Source of the DNA: Paraspadella gotoi
Lineage: Eukaryota; Animalia; Chaetognatha
DNA length: 64,000 bases
Assembly (NCBI GenBank): GCA_051294375.1
Contig: CM119270.1
Location: 14,053,316 to 14,117,315 of the forward strand
Direction of reading: 5' to 3'
The position numbers were made by a program, and so were the translations under genes. This document shows positions 26,369 to 39,801 of this stretch, piece after piece. The notes beneath the pieces were generated by a model that saw nothing but the letters and a program-made list of their open reading frames with translations, had not been told where the DNA came from and searched no databases. Position 1 is the first letter of the stretch. Each line of letters starts with the position of its first letter.

Positions 26369-28710
26369 CTCTCTCTCTCTTTCTGGTTCGCTGGAGACCA
26401 AATGAGTTCGTTCTCAACGCCGATTCTGTTTCCTCAATTCTCGCAGTTTCGGTTCAGCGGTTGGGGCGTAGCGTCGTGATAAAGTATGTTCGGGTTCGAG
26501 CCCTGGTAGCGAAATGCTTGCGATATTTGTATTGGTTGATTTGATGATTTTGAAAAAAGTAAAACAACCAAGGAAAATCAGAAAGAAAGAGTGAAAGAGC
26601 AACTTAATTAGCAAATCTTTATTGATCAATCCCTAAATTTGAATTGTTTCATTAGAGTCAAGATTAGCAGTTTGAAGGTACAAGGATTTGAGTCCAACCC
26701 TTAGCCATTTTTTCCCAAAACACCCCATTTTATCTGAAATTTAGAATTAAATTAATTTTTTTGTTAAAGATTAGAATAAAGGTTAAGGTTTAGGATTAGA
26801 TTAAAGATTAGGTTAAAGATTAATGTTAAGGACTTAGTTTGTAATTAAGGTTAATAATTTAGGTTAGGGATTAGGATTTAGGGTTAATGGTTAAGGTTAA
26901 AAATTAGGGATAAGGGTTAGGGATTAGGGTTTAGGATTAGGTTAGGGTTTAGGAATAAGGGTTAAATCTAAAAATATATTTAGATTAAATATTAAGGTTA
27001 AAATTAAATTCTTGGAAAAACAAAGAGATAGGGGGGCACTCTGGAAAAAGAGAGCCCAAATTATAACATGTGAGCTTTAACACTGATTTTTTTTTCGAGT
27101 AATTAACTTTGTCCCAAAATCCCTCATCGGAGTCAATAAAACTGACACGGCCTTATAACAAAAAACTGTGTCGTCTAGATTCGTAAAGTAACTAAAACAA
27201 ATGAACACTGCGACGTTATTGAGGCTTTTGAAGCTTTCTCTCCAAAAACAATATTAGCGCGAGATGTCATTCGTTTAAAAAGGTTATCTATCATTAATTT
27301 TTCTCTTATCTCAAATTTAGAGAGAAGGGGACAAAAGTCGTGTTGATATCAATCATTCGGGTTCCATAAAAGGGGATTTTNNNNNNNNNNNNNNNNNNNN
27401 NNNNNGCTCTTTTTTTTCATTAAAGAAAATCGAATTGAAATGAAAAAAAAAAAACTTAAATTTTTTTAGACCGGTAGAGATTTTTTTTCAAAAAAAAAAA
27501 CTCGTCGTTCATGACGAGTCATTTTTGGAGAAATTTTTTTAAAATGCAGAATTATCGATTTTCTCTCTCTTTCTCAGATCGTTTTAAGTGGTGAAACTCA
27601 ACTGGATGAGAGAGAGAGAGAGAGAGAGAGGAGAAGAGAGAGAAGAGAGAGAAGAGAGAGAGAGAGAGACGAGAGAGAGGAGAGTTTTGGCAAATTCCAA
27701 TAAAAATCCCCTTTTATGGACCCGAATGATTGATATCAACACGACTTTTGTCCCCTCTCTCTAATTTGAGATAAGAGGTAAAAATAATGATGTAGATAAC
27801 CTTTTTAAACGATATGACCATCTTCGCCGCTAATATTGTTTTTGGAGAGAAAGCTTCAAAGCCTCAATAACGTCGCAGTGTTCATTTGTTTTAGTTACTT
27901 TACGAATCTTAGGACGACACAGTTTTTGTTATAGGCCTGTCAGTTTATTGACTCCGATGAGGGATTTTGGACAAAAGTTAAATTACTCGAAAAAAAAATT
28001 CAGTGTTAAAGCTCACATGTATAATTGGCTCTCTTTTTCCAGAGTGCCCCCCTACTCTTTGTTTTCCAAGAATTTTAATTTTAACCTTAATTTTAATCTA
28101 AATATATTTTTTAGATTTAACCCTTATTCCTAAACCCTAACCTAATCCTAACCCTATCCCTAACCCTTATCCCTAATTTTTAAACTTAACCATTAACCCT
28201 TAAATCTAATCCCTAACCTAAATTATTAACCTTAATTACAAACTAAGTCCTTAACATATCTTTAACCTAATCTTTAATCTAATCCTAAACCTTAAACCTT
28301 TATTTCTATCTTTAACGAAAAAAAAAATTAATTTAATTTTATTTTCCAGATAAAATGGGGTGTTTTGCGGAAAAAATGGTAAGGGTTGGACCTCAAATCC
28401 TTACTTTCAAACAGCTAATCTCGACTCAATGAAAACAATTCCAAATTCGGGATTGATCAATTAAAGATTTGCTAATTAAGTTGCTCTCTTCACTCTTTCT
28501 TTCTGATTTTCTTGGTTGTTTTTATTTTTTCAAAATCATTCAAATCAACCAATACAAATATCGCAAGCATTTCGCTACCAGGGCGTCAAACCCGAACAAA
28601 CTTATCACGCGCGGTACGCCAAACCGCTGACCGAAACTGCGAGAATTGAGGAAACAGAATCGGTTCGTGAGGAACGAACTCATTGGTCTTCCAGCGAACC
28701 AGAGAGAGAG
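26369..28710. repeat. Inverted repeat, 26369-27380 versus ~27701-28710
   Basis: For example ctggttcgctggagacc...ctggtagcgaaatgcttg mirrors caagcatttcgctaccagg...ccagcgaaccag, and aaaaggggatttt mirrors aaaatccccttttatgg. There is a 25-N gap at 27381-27405. Confidence 0.88.
26775..26965 (+). repeat. Degenerate telomere-like (TTAGGG/TTAGG) interstitial tract; mirrored at ~28118-28300
   Basis: ttagggattaggatttagggtt...agggttagggattagggtttaggattaggttagggtttagg. Confidence 0.6.
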
Positions 28711-29471
28711 GAGAGAGTAGAGAGAGAGAAGAGAGAGAGAGAGAAGAGAGGAGAGAGAGAGAGAGAGAGAGAGGAAGAGAGAAGAGGAGAGAGAGAGTAC
28801 CGCGTGGGTTCCTTTATGTCGGCTGGAGAGGTAGGGTAATGCTGTGGGGAAAAGAAAGGGAGAGGGAGATAAGTCGTTAGGGGAGGGTAAGGTGAAGAAA
28901 AGGGAAGAAACGTTTCCAGCCTTTTGAGATTGTAGTATGAAAAAATCAAACCAGGAAACCAGAACTAGGGATTAGAGACGACGTCGACAAGACCGACGGC
29001 AACGACGACGACGAATGAATTAGGTGCCTGACTCTTTAATTTCGTGGCTCTCAGATCTCATATGAAAGGTGGGTTTTCTAGAGTAAGTGATTGTGAAACA
29101 TTGAGGAAACCAACTCGAAAAACTAGAAACGAAAAGGAAATTTTTTAAAACAAAGAAAGAAAAACAAGAATTGGAAATAAATAGGCGAAACAAAATATTT
29201 TTATTTAATAAAAATTTATAGCAAAGTGTGGATCCGTGGCAACGGTTTGAGATTATAAATATCAAACGAATCAATTGCGAAGAGCCCACGATATTCGAAA
29301 ATAATTAAAAGTATAAGAAAAAAAAATGACTTGAACTTTTAAAGATACGAAAGTAAGTTCGTCCCACAATTTTTCATTTTTCTACCTTACCACCCCAGGT
29401 CCCCCACGCCTCTGTCACCCGATCAAACTACCCCCCCTTCCTTACCCCAGTAGCCCCAACCCCAAACTCAC

Positions 29472-30377
29472 AAAGCGAAAGCAACCGCTCCGTCCTCTGC
29501 AGCCATCGATAGGGTGACGTCGTGTCGAAGGTTGCCGAAGCGGACGGAGGCGCCGGCCTACTAAACCGGCCGCCAAAGTCCGTCTCCGTCGTCGTCGTCG
29601 GCGTCGTCGCCGATCGGCGGAAACCACGACGCCGCCGACGCCGCTGCCGGAAGTGGCCGGGAGATCGAGGAGATCCTTGACGGCGAAGGACGACGACGAC
29701 GCGGGATTGACGCTGCCGGCGACGACGACGACCAACGACGAGAGGCGTGATGGTGGGGATGGTGGGGATGGTGGGTGGTGTGGGGTGGTGGGGGAGGCTC
29801 GCCATGGCCGTGGGTCGTTCATCATGAGGGAGGTGTCCATCTGGAGGAGGAGCGGGGAGGAGGGCGGGGGTGAGAAAGTTAACTTACTAGTAAAGTTAAT
29901 GGTCGTTAAATGTTTGTTCGTTGTTTCGTCATTTCTTAGTGTATATTTGTATTCGCCTATTTATCGTACGGATGAAAAATAAGAATTTTCATATTAAGTA
30001 AATCGCTGTCATATTTCCGTAATTAATGTATCCTTTGTCATATTTCATTTTTTCCGAAACCAGCGTCACGGAAAATGTTGTGTTTTTGTTTCGATAATTC
30101 TGTCATTAAGGTCAGGATTCGCTTAGTCGAAGTCCGCGAGGGACCCAAAAGGGATCTTTACTCAAATTTTTCGTCTCTAGGAAAGGAAGAGAGGGAGAGC
30201 GAGAGGATAAAGAAAGCAGAGGGAGAAGAGAGAAAAGTATCAAAAACGAGATTAGAATTTCTGCTACTTCAACCGCGGTCGGACGCATCATTTAGTCTCC
30301 CACTGGGAGAAGAAAGCGTGAGGGGGGAATTAAGCTAATGTCTTTCTCTACTTCCGAGAGGAGAGAGGATTGGAGAT

Positions 30378-30408
<31 letters not shown>

Positions 30409-31745
30409 GAAGAAGAGAGAGAGAGAGAGAGATGAGATGCAGAAGAAAAAAAATGTGAGGGGAGGAAGAAATCAAAAGGACTCAAAAAACTCTAATGATG
30501 ATGATGACACAGAGGGAGAGAGGGAGAGAGAATAGAAAAGAAAGAGAGAGAGAGAGAGAGGAGAGGGAGAGAGAGAGAGAGAGGAGAGAAGAGACGACGA
30601 CGAGAGAGAGAGAGAATTGAGTGCGAATTTAGATCCTTGGATGGATGGTCATTGAGAAAACTCGGGGGTTGAGGGAGGAATCAAACGACGATCGTCGCCG
30701 ATCATTATTCTTTATTTTAGAAACATCTTTATGTTTTGTACTATTAATAGTATAGTAGTACAGTAAAATAATATATATTAGCCAATTTCGAAAAATTTAG
30801 AACCTAGTAAAACTTTTTTGTTTTCAAAGTAAGTTTGAAGCCTCTCCATCAAGGTATAAGTCTCTTTCACACCTGAAACTGAATCAACTTGGACAAGTAC
30901 GCCTCTGGTGAAACCCCCGCCCGCAACGCCGCCGCCGAGCGTACAACGACAAGGGATCAACGCCGCGGCGGCGGCAGCAGCGGAGCGGAGGGGCGGCCAG
31001 GGGCGGCAACCGGGACGGCAGGGCTGGCAGGGTCGGCAAGAGCCGGTAAGGGTGGCAAGGCGGCAGAGGTGGCGGCGAGAGGGGGCGGAGGAGACGAGGT
31101 TGTGGAATGGTCGTGGCGAAGGGGTGCGAGCGGAGGGCGTGTGGGAGGAGAGGGGGAGGAGGTAGAGAGGGAGGAGGAGGAGGAGGGGAACGATTTCCGT
31201 CAGAAGCGACGGCGTCTCCGACGCTTTGGCTGAGGAAGACGAGGACGATGACGACGACGACGACGACATGACGATAATGAACGACTGCATCGTTTCGTCG
31301 ACGGTGATGAGTTTTTTTGATCGTCGTGTGACGTTTGACGATGACGACGACAACGGCGTTCGTCGCCGTCGTCGTCGCTGTTGTTGGTGACACGTCATCG
31401 TTTTCTTGCCGGCGACGACGACGACGGCGACGAAGAAGAAGAAAGACGGATGAGCGTCAGCGCCAATGGATCGAAGGCGAACGCCCATTGATGCCGCAGA
31501 CGCCCCACGAGCGTCGCGCCCCTAGCGGCGGCGGCGGCTGCAGCGGCGGCGGCGGCGCGTTCCGTGGATCTGTGATGGTAGAAGGGCGGCGTGTGAGCGG
31601 CGGCGTGATGCCGGAAAATCCTGTGGCGTCGCGGCGGCGGCGGGCCAAAGAGGCGCGCCGTCCAACGTCCATGGCGGACGGAAGCGACGCCGCCACCACT
31701 AGGGCGCCGCCGGATGACTGCGCCGCTCCAGGTCGGCGCGGGCAT
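29472..31745 (-). pseudogene. Second, identical inverted copy of NK2.2 exons 1-2 (probable assembly artefact)
   Basis: Same as 23244-25517 at a constant offset of 6228 bp. ORF-track translations are identical, including the frameshifts. Confidence 0.75.
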
Positions 31746-32675
31746 TCAAATTAAAAAAAAGTAAGACGTCGAACGGCGAGGCGTGTGGGTGAAACTTTTT
31801 TTATTATTTTTTGTTATTTACAATTTACAGTTACACTTTTTAGTTGGGTTTTTTGGCTTCTGTGTTGGCTTCAGTAGTGGTCTGTACCCAGTTTTTTTGA
31901 GAGACAATATGTCGCCAGATCTCGGCAATGTTAGTAAATTTTATGACGAAGTCTTTTTTCTATGGAAACGAAGAAAATAATCTTTCCGACGAAAAAAAAG
32001 TTTTTTATAAAAAAAAAACTTTTTTTACTATTCTCGTTTTTTTTTGTATGATATGTTTTAAGTTGCGCTTCATTTGATATTTCCTTTTCTAATCCATTTT
32101 TTAAACTTCTCCGTTTTCCTTTCATTTTTCCTTTTTCTTTTTTTTCTCTTCCTCCACCGATTTCCTTTTTTTTACTTTCGACTGTTTCGAGGTTGAGTTT
32201 CAAGCGGAGTTTCTTCGAGTTTCATGTTTCGTGTTTCGCACGAATTTCCGTGTCTCGTTTCTCGCGAGTGGTTTCGGATGGCGTGGCGCGGGGAAAGCGT
32301 GACGCCAGGAGATTGATGGCGCGGGAAAGGGCTTCGGCGTGAGGAGAACGTTGGAAGGAAGGAGACGATTGGCGCGGGGAAAGGGTGGCGAGGGAGAGTG
32401 GTGCGCGGGTATTTAATATTGTGTTTTAGAATTGGTTTGACGCAGTAAGATCATTGTCCGAACTCGATCGCGGATGGTGACCGAAAAGTCTCAACGGAGA
32501 ACTTGATATATAACTCCAGGGTTACAATGAATTGTGAGGCAGTCAAAATATTGAGAGGAGTTGGGTGTTTTCTTTTTCTCGCCGTTCGATCGCTAAAGAG
32601 AGAGAGAGAGAGCAAATGGGAGAGAGACATCCTACCTTTAAAAGTCCTCTTTCTCTCATTTCAAATCAAACAAAA

Positions 32676-32736
<61 letters not shown>

Positions 32737-32739
32737 AAG

Positions 32740-33680
32740 CGCCTCGGAGGAGAGGGAGATTTTTAAAACGCGGAGAGATCTTGAAAATCGATAAAGCGCT
32801 CGCTTGTCAATGGATCAAAATTGATATCGTCGTTTTCGTCGTCGTCGTCGTCATCGTCGTTTTCGTCGTCGTCGTTCGCAGAAAAGAAAACAATGAATTT
32901 TTAAGGATCGTGTGTGCGAAAAACTCGGGAGGAACCGAGAGAACAAAGTGGAGAGAAAGGAAAACAAAAGGGAAAGATTAAGAAAGAAAATAAGGAATTA
33001 AATTTGGTGAAAGTTGAATGTGGGGGGGGGGAGGTGGGAATTAGATGGAGGAAAAAACTGGAAGGGGCAGTTGTTGTAAAATAAATATATAAAATGTCAA
33101 AATTCAAAATATTAAAAGTTGGTGAAACTGATTATAACTGTTTTAAAAGAGGTCTTTTTATTAAGGAGGTTAAAATCTAATATAAATACATAAAATCAAA
33201 ATTTTGTATAAAACATACTGTTTTACTTAATAAATATTTTTTTTAAAAGATTTTTGATTACACTTTTTGATAAGGAATTCATTTCTTCTTTAAACTAAGA
33301 TTTAGTTCATTAGAGAAGTCTTGAATGAATTGAAAAATTAAATAATAAATAAATTCTAATTGAGAAAATCAAAAAAAAGTTTTGAAGAAACAGGAAGAAA
33401 TGGAAACGAAACGAAACAAAAAAAGGAACTAAAAAATAGAACTACTAAAAGTCGATTTGGCAGAAAATCTTTTTTCTGTTTACTCGAGTATGAAAAGAAA
33501 GATTTACATAGGAGAGAAAAGAAGTGAAAAAGAGAGAGAGAGAGCGAGAGGGTCTATAGGAAACAGATGAAGAAAGAGAAGGTAAGAGGGGTGGTGTGTC
33601 AGAATGAAATAAAAAGAGCGAGCAATAGAGCTAGCTAAAAAGAATGAGTTAGTTGAAAGAGAGAGGAGAGAGAAGAGAGA

Positions 33681-33730
<50 letters not shown>

Positions 33731-36700
33731 GGACAAAACAAGCGATCGAACTACGATTAGGGGGAATCGAATCAGCGAGAGGGACCGTCGTTTTGTTTCG
33801 CTCGTTAACCCCTCCAGCTCTCACTCAGCCCGCCCTTCTCCCCCTTTTCTCTCGATCCGAGTTCTTTTTCAAATACTTTTCCCTCTTCATTTCTCCCTCT
33901 CTCTCCTTTTTCCCCTCTTCTTCCTTCTTCCTCCCTTTTCGCCAGTAATCTATTTCACCTCACCTCTTTCCTGTCTCCCCCTTCGCCTTCTTCCCATTTT
34001 CCTTCTCCTTCTTCCCCTACTCCAACCTCCTCTTCCGCTTCGTTTCGGTTAAATATCCATTTAATTCCTCGCCAATTCGCCTCTTTTCTTACCCCTCTCC
34101 TCCATTACTTCCTCTCCTCCTCCCCTTCGTTCTCTGTATCTTTCCTTACCCTCGGTCCCCACCCGTTCCTCTACCTCCTCCCCTTTCGTCCCTCAATTCA
34201 CCGTTCTCCTTCCCCCTCTACCCCCATCTCCTCCTCCTTCCGTCCTCCGTCCTCTTTTTCCCTTCCCTCTCCACTATTATCCTCCTCTAACCCCCCTTCA
34301 ACGTTCCTCTGTTTTCTCCTTCCCGCCCTTCCTCCCTCCCTCCCTCGTCCCCTTCGTACCTTCTTTTTTTTCTATTCTTCCCCTGCTCCAAACATACCCT
34401 TCTTCCCTTCCTCTCCCCACATTCACCCCACACCACCACCACTACCCTCTTTCGCTGCTTCGAGTCTTATTGCCAAAAAGATATAAATTGACGTTTTACG
34501 CCAAATCCGCGAACTCAATGTCGCGAGGGACATTGATCCTCCAATAAGAGCAGACGTCGTCGCTCGTTTGTCGTCGTCGTCGTCGTCGTTGCGTTGCGTT
34601 CGTCGTCTTCTTCGTCGTTATCGTCATCGTCGGTCGTCGATATCATTGTCAGGTTCTCTTAATAACGTCTGTTGTGGTTTAGTTTTCTTTGTTCTCGTGA
34701 CAGAGGCAGTGTCTTCAGTGTTATCATCGTTTCTTCCAGATTTGACGCCATTCTCACCAACGTCTTATCATCACAATTATGGCTATTTTATGTTATCAAC
34801 TTGAATATGTTTGAGGATATTATCAGCGATTCAGAAATGAGAACCATCACCGTCATCACAGATCTCGTCTAATACAATGATCATCTTGTCGCCATGGCTT
34901 GTCATATCTCCGTGAACCTCCGTAATTCATCGCCATCTGGCTAGCGAATATGCATGGTGTTATCATCGTCGCCTTGATCACTGATCTTCCAACCTCGTAT
35001 CGGCTGCTACGTTCGTCGTGAGGAGTCTAGTTCGTCGCCGTTCGTCCGCTCGACTGTAGTATCGATCGTTATCGCCGTTTGTGGTCCGAAATTTGGAGAC
35101 AACGAGTCGAGGAAGGGCGGAAGGGAGGGGATAGTAAGGGACAGAGGAAGGGGGAGAGGGAAAAAGGAAGGGAAGAGGAAAAAAGGGGGAAGAGGCTGGA
35201 GAGAGGAAGGACGGAAGGAGGAGGAAGGGGGAGAGGGAAAGGAAGGCAGTGAAAGAGGGAAGGAGGTATAAGGAGAAATAGGTGTAGGATAGAAGAAGTG
35301 AAAAGGAAAAGAAGAAAAAGGAGAGGAAAGATCAGAGAAGCACAAACGAGAGAAGCATGGAAGAGAGAAAAGATGCGAGATAGGACCGGAGGACGAAGAA
35401 AAAGGTGAAGAAGAGAAAGCAAAAGACAAAGAGGGAGTGAGGATAAGGAACAAGAATGTAACTTTATTTTTTCAACAGTGATATGACAAGACATGACATA
35501 CAATAAAATCTTTCTTCGGCCTTTGTAATAACTATGACATGCTACTGACATCGCAAATCGCACTTTTATTCCTTCATATTAAGTTTTTAGGATTAATTTT
35601 GAAGCGGCGTTTAGCAGATGTCTCCTTAGATCTTGAGGTTTTTTTTTTCTGTCTTAACAATGAGCAACCAACTATCAGGCGAAATTATTGCATTTTAAAC
35701 GATAAGTGGAGACAGACCGACCGACGAACAGGTAACTCGACAGATCTATTGACAACAGTGACTCTAGAAGAGTTGCCCTCTGGCGAGTACTGCCGGCGGC
35801 AACTAAAAGAAGTTGAAATGGAACTGCGACAGAGATAGAAGAAGAAATGAATAAGTATAAAAATAAACTCAATTGTAAGGGAAAAATGTATTATTTGGAG
35901 TTATAAGTAGAATGGAGAGAGTCTTGAGTGAAGTTTTGTGGACAATTCAATCACCATAACCCACGTCAAAGTCGTGGGCAAGCCTGCCTTGCGAGACACA
36001 AATGAAGTGGTTTTCAGTTTCAGTATCGTATTCGAATTCAGCGTTGAAAATCTCCTGAATAGAAATCTGAATGTAGGCCATTTTAAATGGTGTGAGAGAG
36101 GCGCAGAATCTGGAGCACTTGCGATGCAGTTGTCTCTCTCTCTGTCGCTCACACTCTCTCGTCTCTCTCTTTCGTTTGGCTTTCTTTTCCTTCCATCCCT
36201 TTCTGTGTTGTCTCTCATGTCTACACTTCTGTATCATGTCTAACACTGAACAATTTTATGGTCATGTAGTGCAAAGAGGATGACTCTCTCTCTTTCTCTA
36301 CATCGTCTCTCTTCCGGTATGACGGCTTACGTACCGATCCGTCGCTTCACTCAGTGGTTCCCGGCCACGGCGATCTTTTTGCATCTCACCGATGCCAGCA
36401 TCCGTTAAAGTGGTTGAACACACTCGTTAATATTCCATTGGAAAAACACACATTCTCGTCAACTTATCACTTACCATTGGTCAGACTTAATGTTAAAACA
36501 AGAAAGTGTCAGGCCCCTGACCCAATCCAGAGGGAAGGACAACACGTCACAAAGGGTTTGCCATCGGTTCGCTCTTTTTAGTAGGCGCGAAAACTCGATG
36601 TCCAGAAAACGCGATGTGGATCAAAATGCCGTTCGCTCGTTGAATTAAAACTAGCGCTCTAAATTAAAAATGAAAGAATGTTGGATGAAAAGATACAAAA

Positions 36701-37531
36701 ACACTCCAATAGAAACAGTTTCCCCTTTGAAAGTTGGCGTTCGGTCCTCTATGGGTAAAGGGGTGAGAGAATAAAGTGTAAAACTGAGAAAACGACTATA
36801 AAGGGATTTAATTCACATCTATGGGTTTGCTCCCTAACTCAGACGAAAAAAATTAAGTTAGTAGACATGGGATACTGAAAACGGATTTTCTCTCTCTACT
36901 TACTATTCTTACTCTCGCTTCTAATCAATCTGCGTTACTCCCCTCTCTTCTCTCTTCTTATCCCTCTGTGTACTCTCTCTCTCTACTCTCTCTCTTTCCG
37001 TTTTACAGCTTTTACTCTTCATCTATTGAAATTCAACTGATGACCTTCTGGTCCGAAAGACAACGTCGAACACGAAGACGAAGACGATAGGCAACGCGAA
37101 CAACAACAACAAGACGACGGCTGTGGTCTCACTCGTCGCCCCATTCGGCGTGTGTAATGATCTTTCAGTGCCCTTTCGATATAAAGTCACTGTTTCGGAT
37201 GCACCCAGGCGGGCATCAGAAAGGGCGGCGGTCGGCACGGGTGACCTTGCATTTATGTGTTTTTTTTGACTCGGGGATACCCACGGTCCGCGGGCTCATC
37301 GACAACATACGACACGAGAATCGCTGTCTTTTTTCTGTTTGACCCGCTCGATCCTTGTTCTCGGTCTTTCGTGGGTCGCCTTTCTTTTTCTTTTCTTGCG
37401 GCGCGTCGTCGTTTCCCTCCGGTCAGGGGTCTCACGTGTTTTTGATCCGCGAATATTTTCGTCGTTGTGAAGTCTTCCTTCCTTGCTTCTCCTTCTTACG
37501 TCTTATTCTCTTTGTTCTGTCTATCTCTCTC

Positions 37532-37567
<36 letters not shown>

Positions 37568-39419
37568 TATCCTGACTACTGAACCAGAAAGGGAACATCT
37601 GGACCAGCCATAGATTCGCTCATTCCCGAACCGTGAAAAGGGGTAAGAGACCCTGGTGGCGCGAGAGGGCTTCTATGGGGTGGAGTAGGAGAGGAAGGAG
37701 GAGGAGAGTAGGAGGAAGGAGGAGGATGAGGAATAAGAAGAGGAGGAGCAGAAAAGAAGAAGAAGAATCAGAAATTGGGTGGGAGAAACTTTTTAACTCC
37801 CAAAGAGAAAAAGAATGGAATTGTTATCGGGTTCTTATCTCTCTTTTTTTACCCTTTTTCACTCTTCTCTTCTCTTCTCTCTCTCTCTCCTACAGGACAG
37901 CATGTCCTTCTGCCGTTCACTGCCCACTCCTCTCGCTCGTCAAGATTCGTGAGTGTCTACATCCATCTTGAAAGAAATTAAGATCAGTCTCAATCGTTCA
38001 ACCCGATCTCGGGTTCGTCATAAGCGTCATCGTCCTCTCAAAGGGTCTCATCTTAATGTCTTTCTTCGATGCTGATCCCTGGTGGAATTCTCTCTCTCTC
38101 AAACTAACTCATTCTTTTAGCTCTATTGCTCGCTCTTTTATTCTCATTCTAGACACACCACCGCCTCGTTACCTTTCTCTTTCTTCTCACTCGTGTCTAA
38201 AGACACCTCGTCTGCTTCTCTCTCTCTCTTTTTCCACTTCTTTCTCTCCTATGTAAAGAACTTTCATTTTCATACTCGATAAACAAAAAAGATTTTCTGC
38301 CAAAATCGACCTTTTAGTAGTTCTATTTTTTAGTTCCTTTTTTTGTTTTCGTTTCGTTTCCATTCTTCCTGTTTTCTCAAAACTTTTTTTTGACGTTCTC
38401 AATTAGCATTTACTTTAATTATTTATATTGTTCAAAATTCCATTGCAAGACTTCTTCAATTGAACTAAATCTAGTTAAAGAAGATGAATTCCTATATCAA
38501 AGTGTAATCAAAATCTTTTAAAAAATATTTATTAGAACAGTATGTTTTATACAACTTTTGGATTTTATGTATGTATCTAGATTTTAACCTTGCCTATGAA
38601 GACGCTCTTTAACAGTTAATAATCAGTTCACCAGACTTTTAATACATTTGAATTTGAACATTTTTATAATATTTAGTTTACCAAACAGCTTAGCCCACTT
38701 ACAGTTTTCTTTTCCACTCCAATCTAATAACCCACCTTCCACCAGGGCCCTTACATTCAAGGCTTGTCAACCAACTATTAATTTGGCGCTCTTATATTTC
38801 TTTCTTAATCTTCCTGTATCCCCTTTTCGTTTTCGGGTTATAGTTTCTCCACTTTGTTCTCTCCCCGGTACTCCGAGTTTTTCCACACACGATCCCTTAA
38901 AAATCATTGTTCCTCCTTCAGCGAATTCGACTGGGACGAGCGAAAACGACGATGACGGACGACGACGAAACCGCACCGACTATCATTTTGACATTGACAT
39001 AGAAAGAGCGCTTCTACGTCTGATTGATTCAAGAATACCTCCCGCTTTCTAAAAATCTTCTCCCTCTCCTCGCGNNNNNNNNNNNNNNNNNNNNNNNNNG
39101 TAAAAAAAGAGAGATAAGAAAATAACAATTCCATTCTTTTTCTCTTTGGGAGTTAAAAAGTTTCCTCCCACCCAATTTCTGATTTCTTTTCTTTCTTTCT
39201 TTCTGCTCCTCCTAAAAAAAAAAGAGAGAGATCCTCTCCTCTCGCTCTGCCTCTCCTCCTAACTCCACGCCCATAGAAAAGCCCCTCTCGCGCCCGACGC
39301 AGGGGTCTCGTACCCCTTTTCAACGGTTCGGGAATGAGGAATTCTTTGGTGGTCCAAGAATGTTCCCTTTCTGGTCAGTAGTCAAGAAATAGTGAAGAGA
39401 GAGAGAGAGAGATGAGGAG

Positions 39420-39457
<38 letters not shown>

Positions 39458-39710
39458 AAGAGGAGTTGGTTCACTTACGCGGTGACGGCTTTTTAAAAGG
39501 CCACTGTATGACTTACAATCGCCGTAAGGGGCGGCTGACCGAAGTGGACGCACAGCCGTCGTCGTTGTTGTTGTTGTCGGTCGTTGCTTATCGGTCTTCG
39601 TCTTCCGTGTCGTCGACGTTGTCTTTTTCGGACGCAGAGGATCATCCGTTGAAGTTCAATGATTGAGAAAAGCCTGTAAAACCGGAAAGAGAGAGAGAGA
39701 GAGAGAGAGC

Positions 39711-39801
<91 letters not shown>

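Larger units (their letters stand above)
22514..32596. repeat. Direct duplication 22514-26368 = 28742-32596 (3855 bp); both copies are reverse complements of the region starting at 18286
   Basis: ORFs recur at exactly +6228, for example 22792/29020 and 25703/31931. Both copies end in ...gatcgctaa, the reverse complement of ttagcgatc at 18286. Confidence 0.92.

Noticed and set aside
23244-31745. Functional NK2.2 paralogues on the minus strand
   Set aside because: Multiple frameshifts, no homeobox exons, and two copies with identical errors. Treated as artefactual or non-functional copies.
37036-37070. CTGATGA...GAAA hammerhead-like motif
   Set aside because: There is no UH after stem III, and the inverted duplicate at ~39620-39660 lacks CTGATGA, so it is probably read noise.
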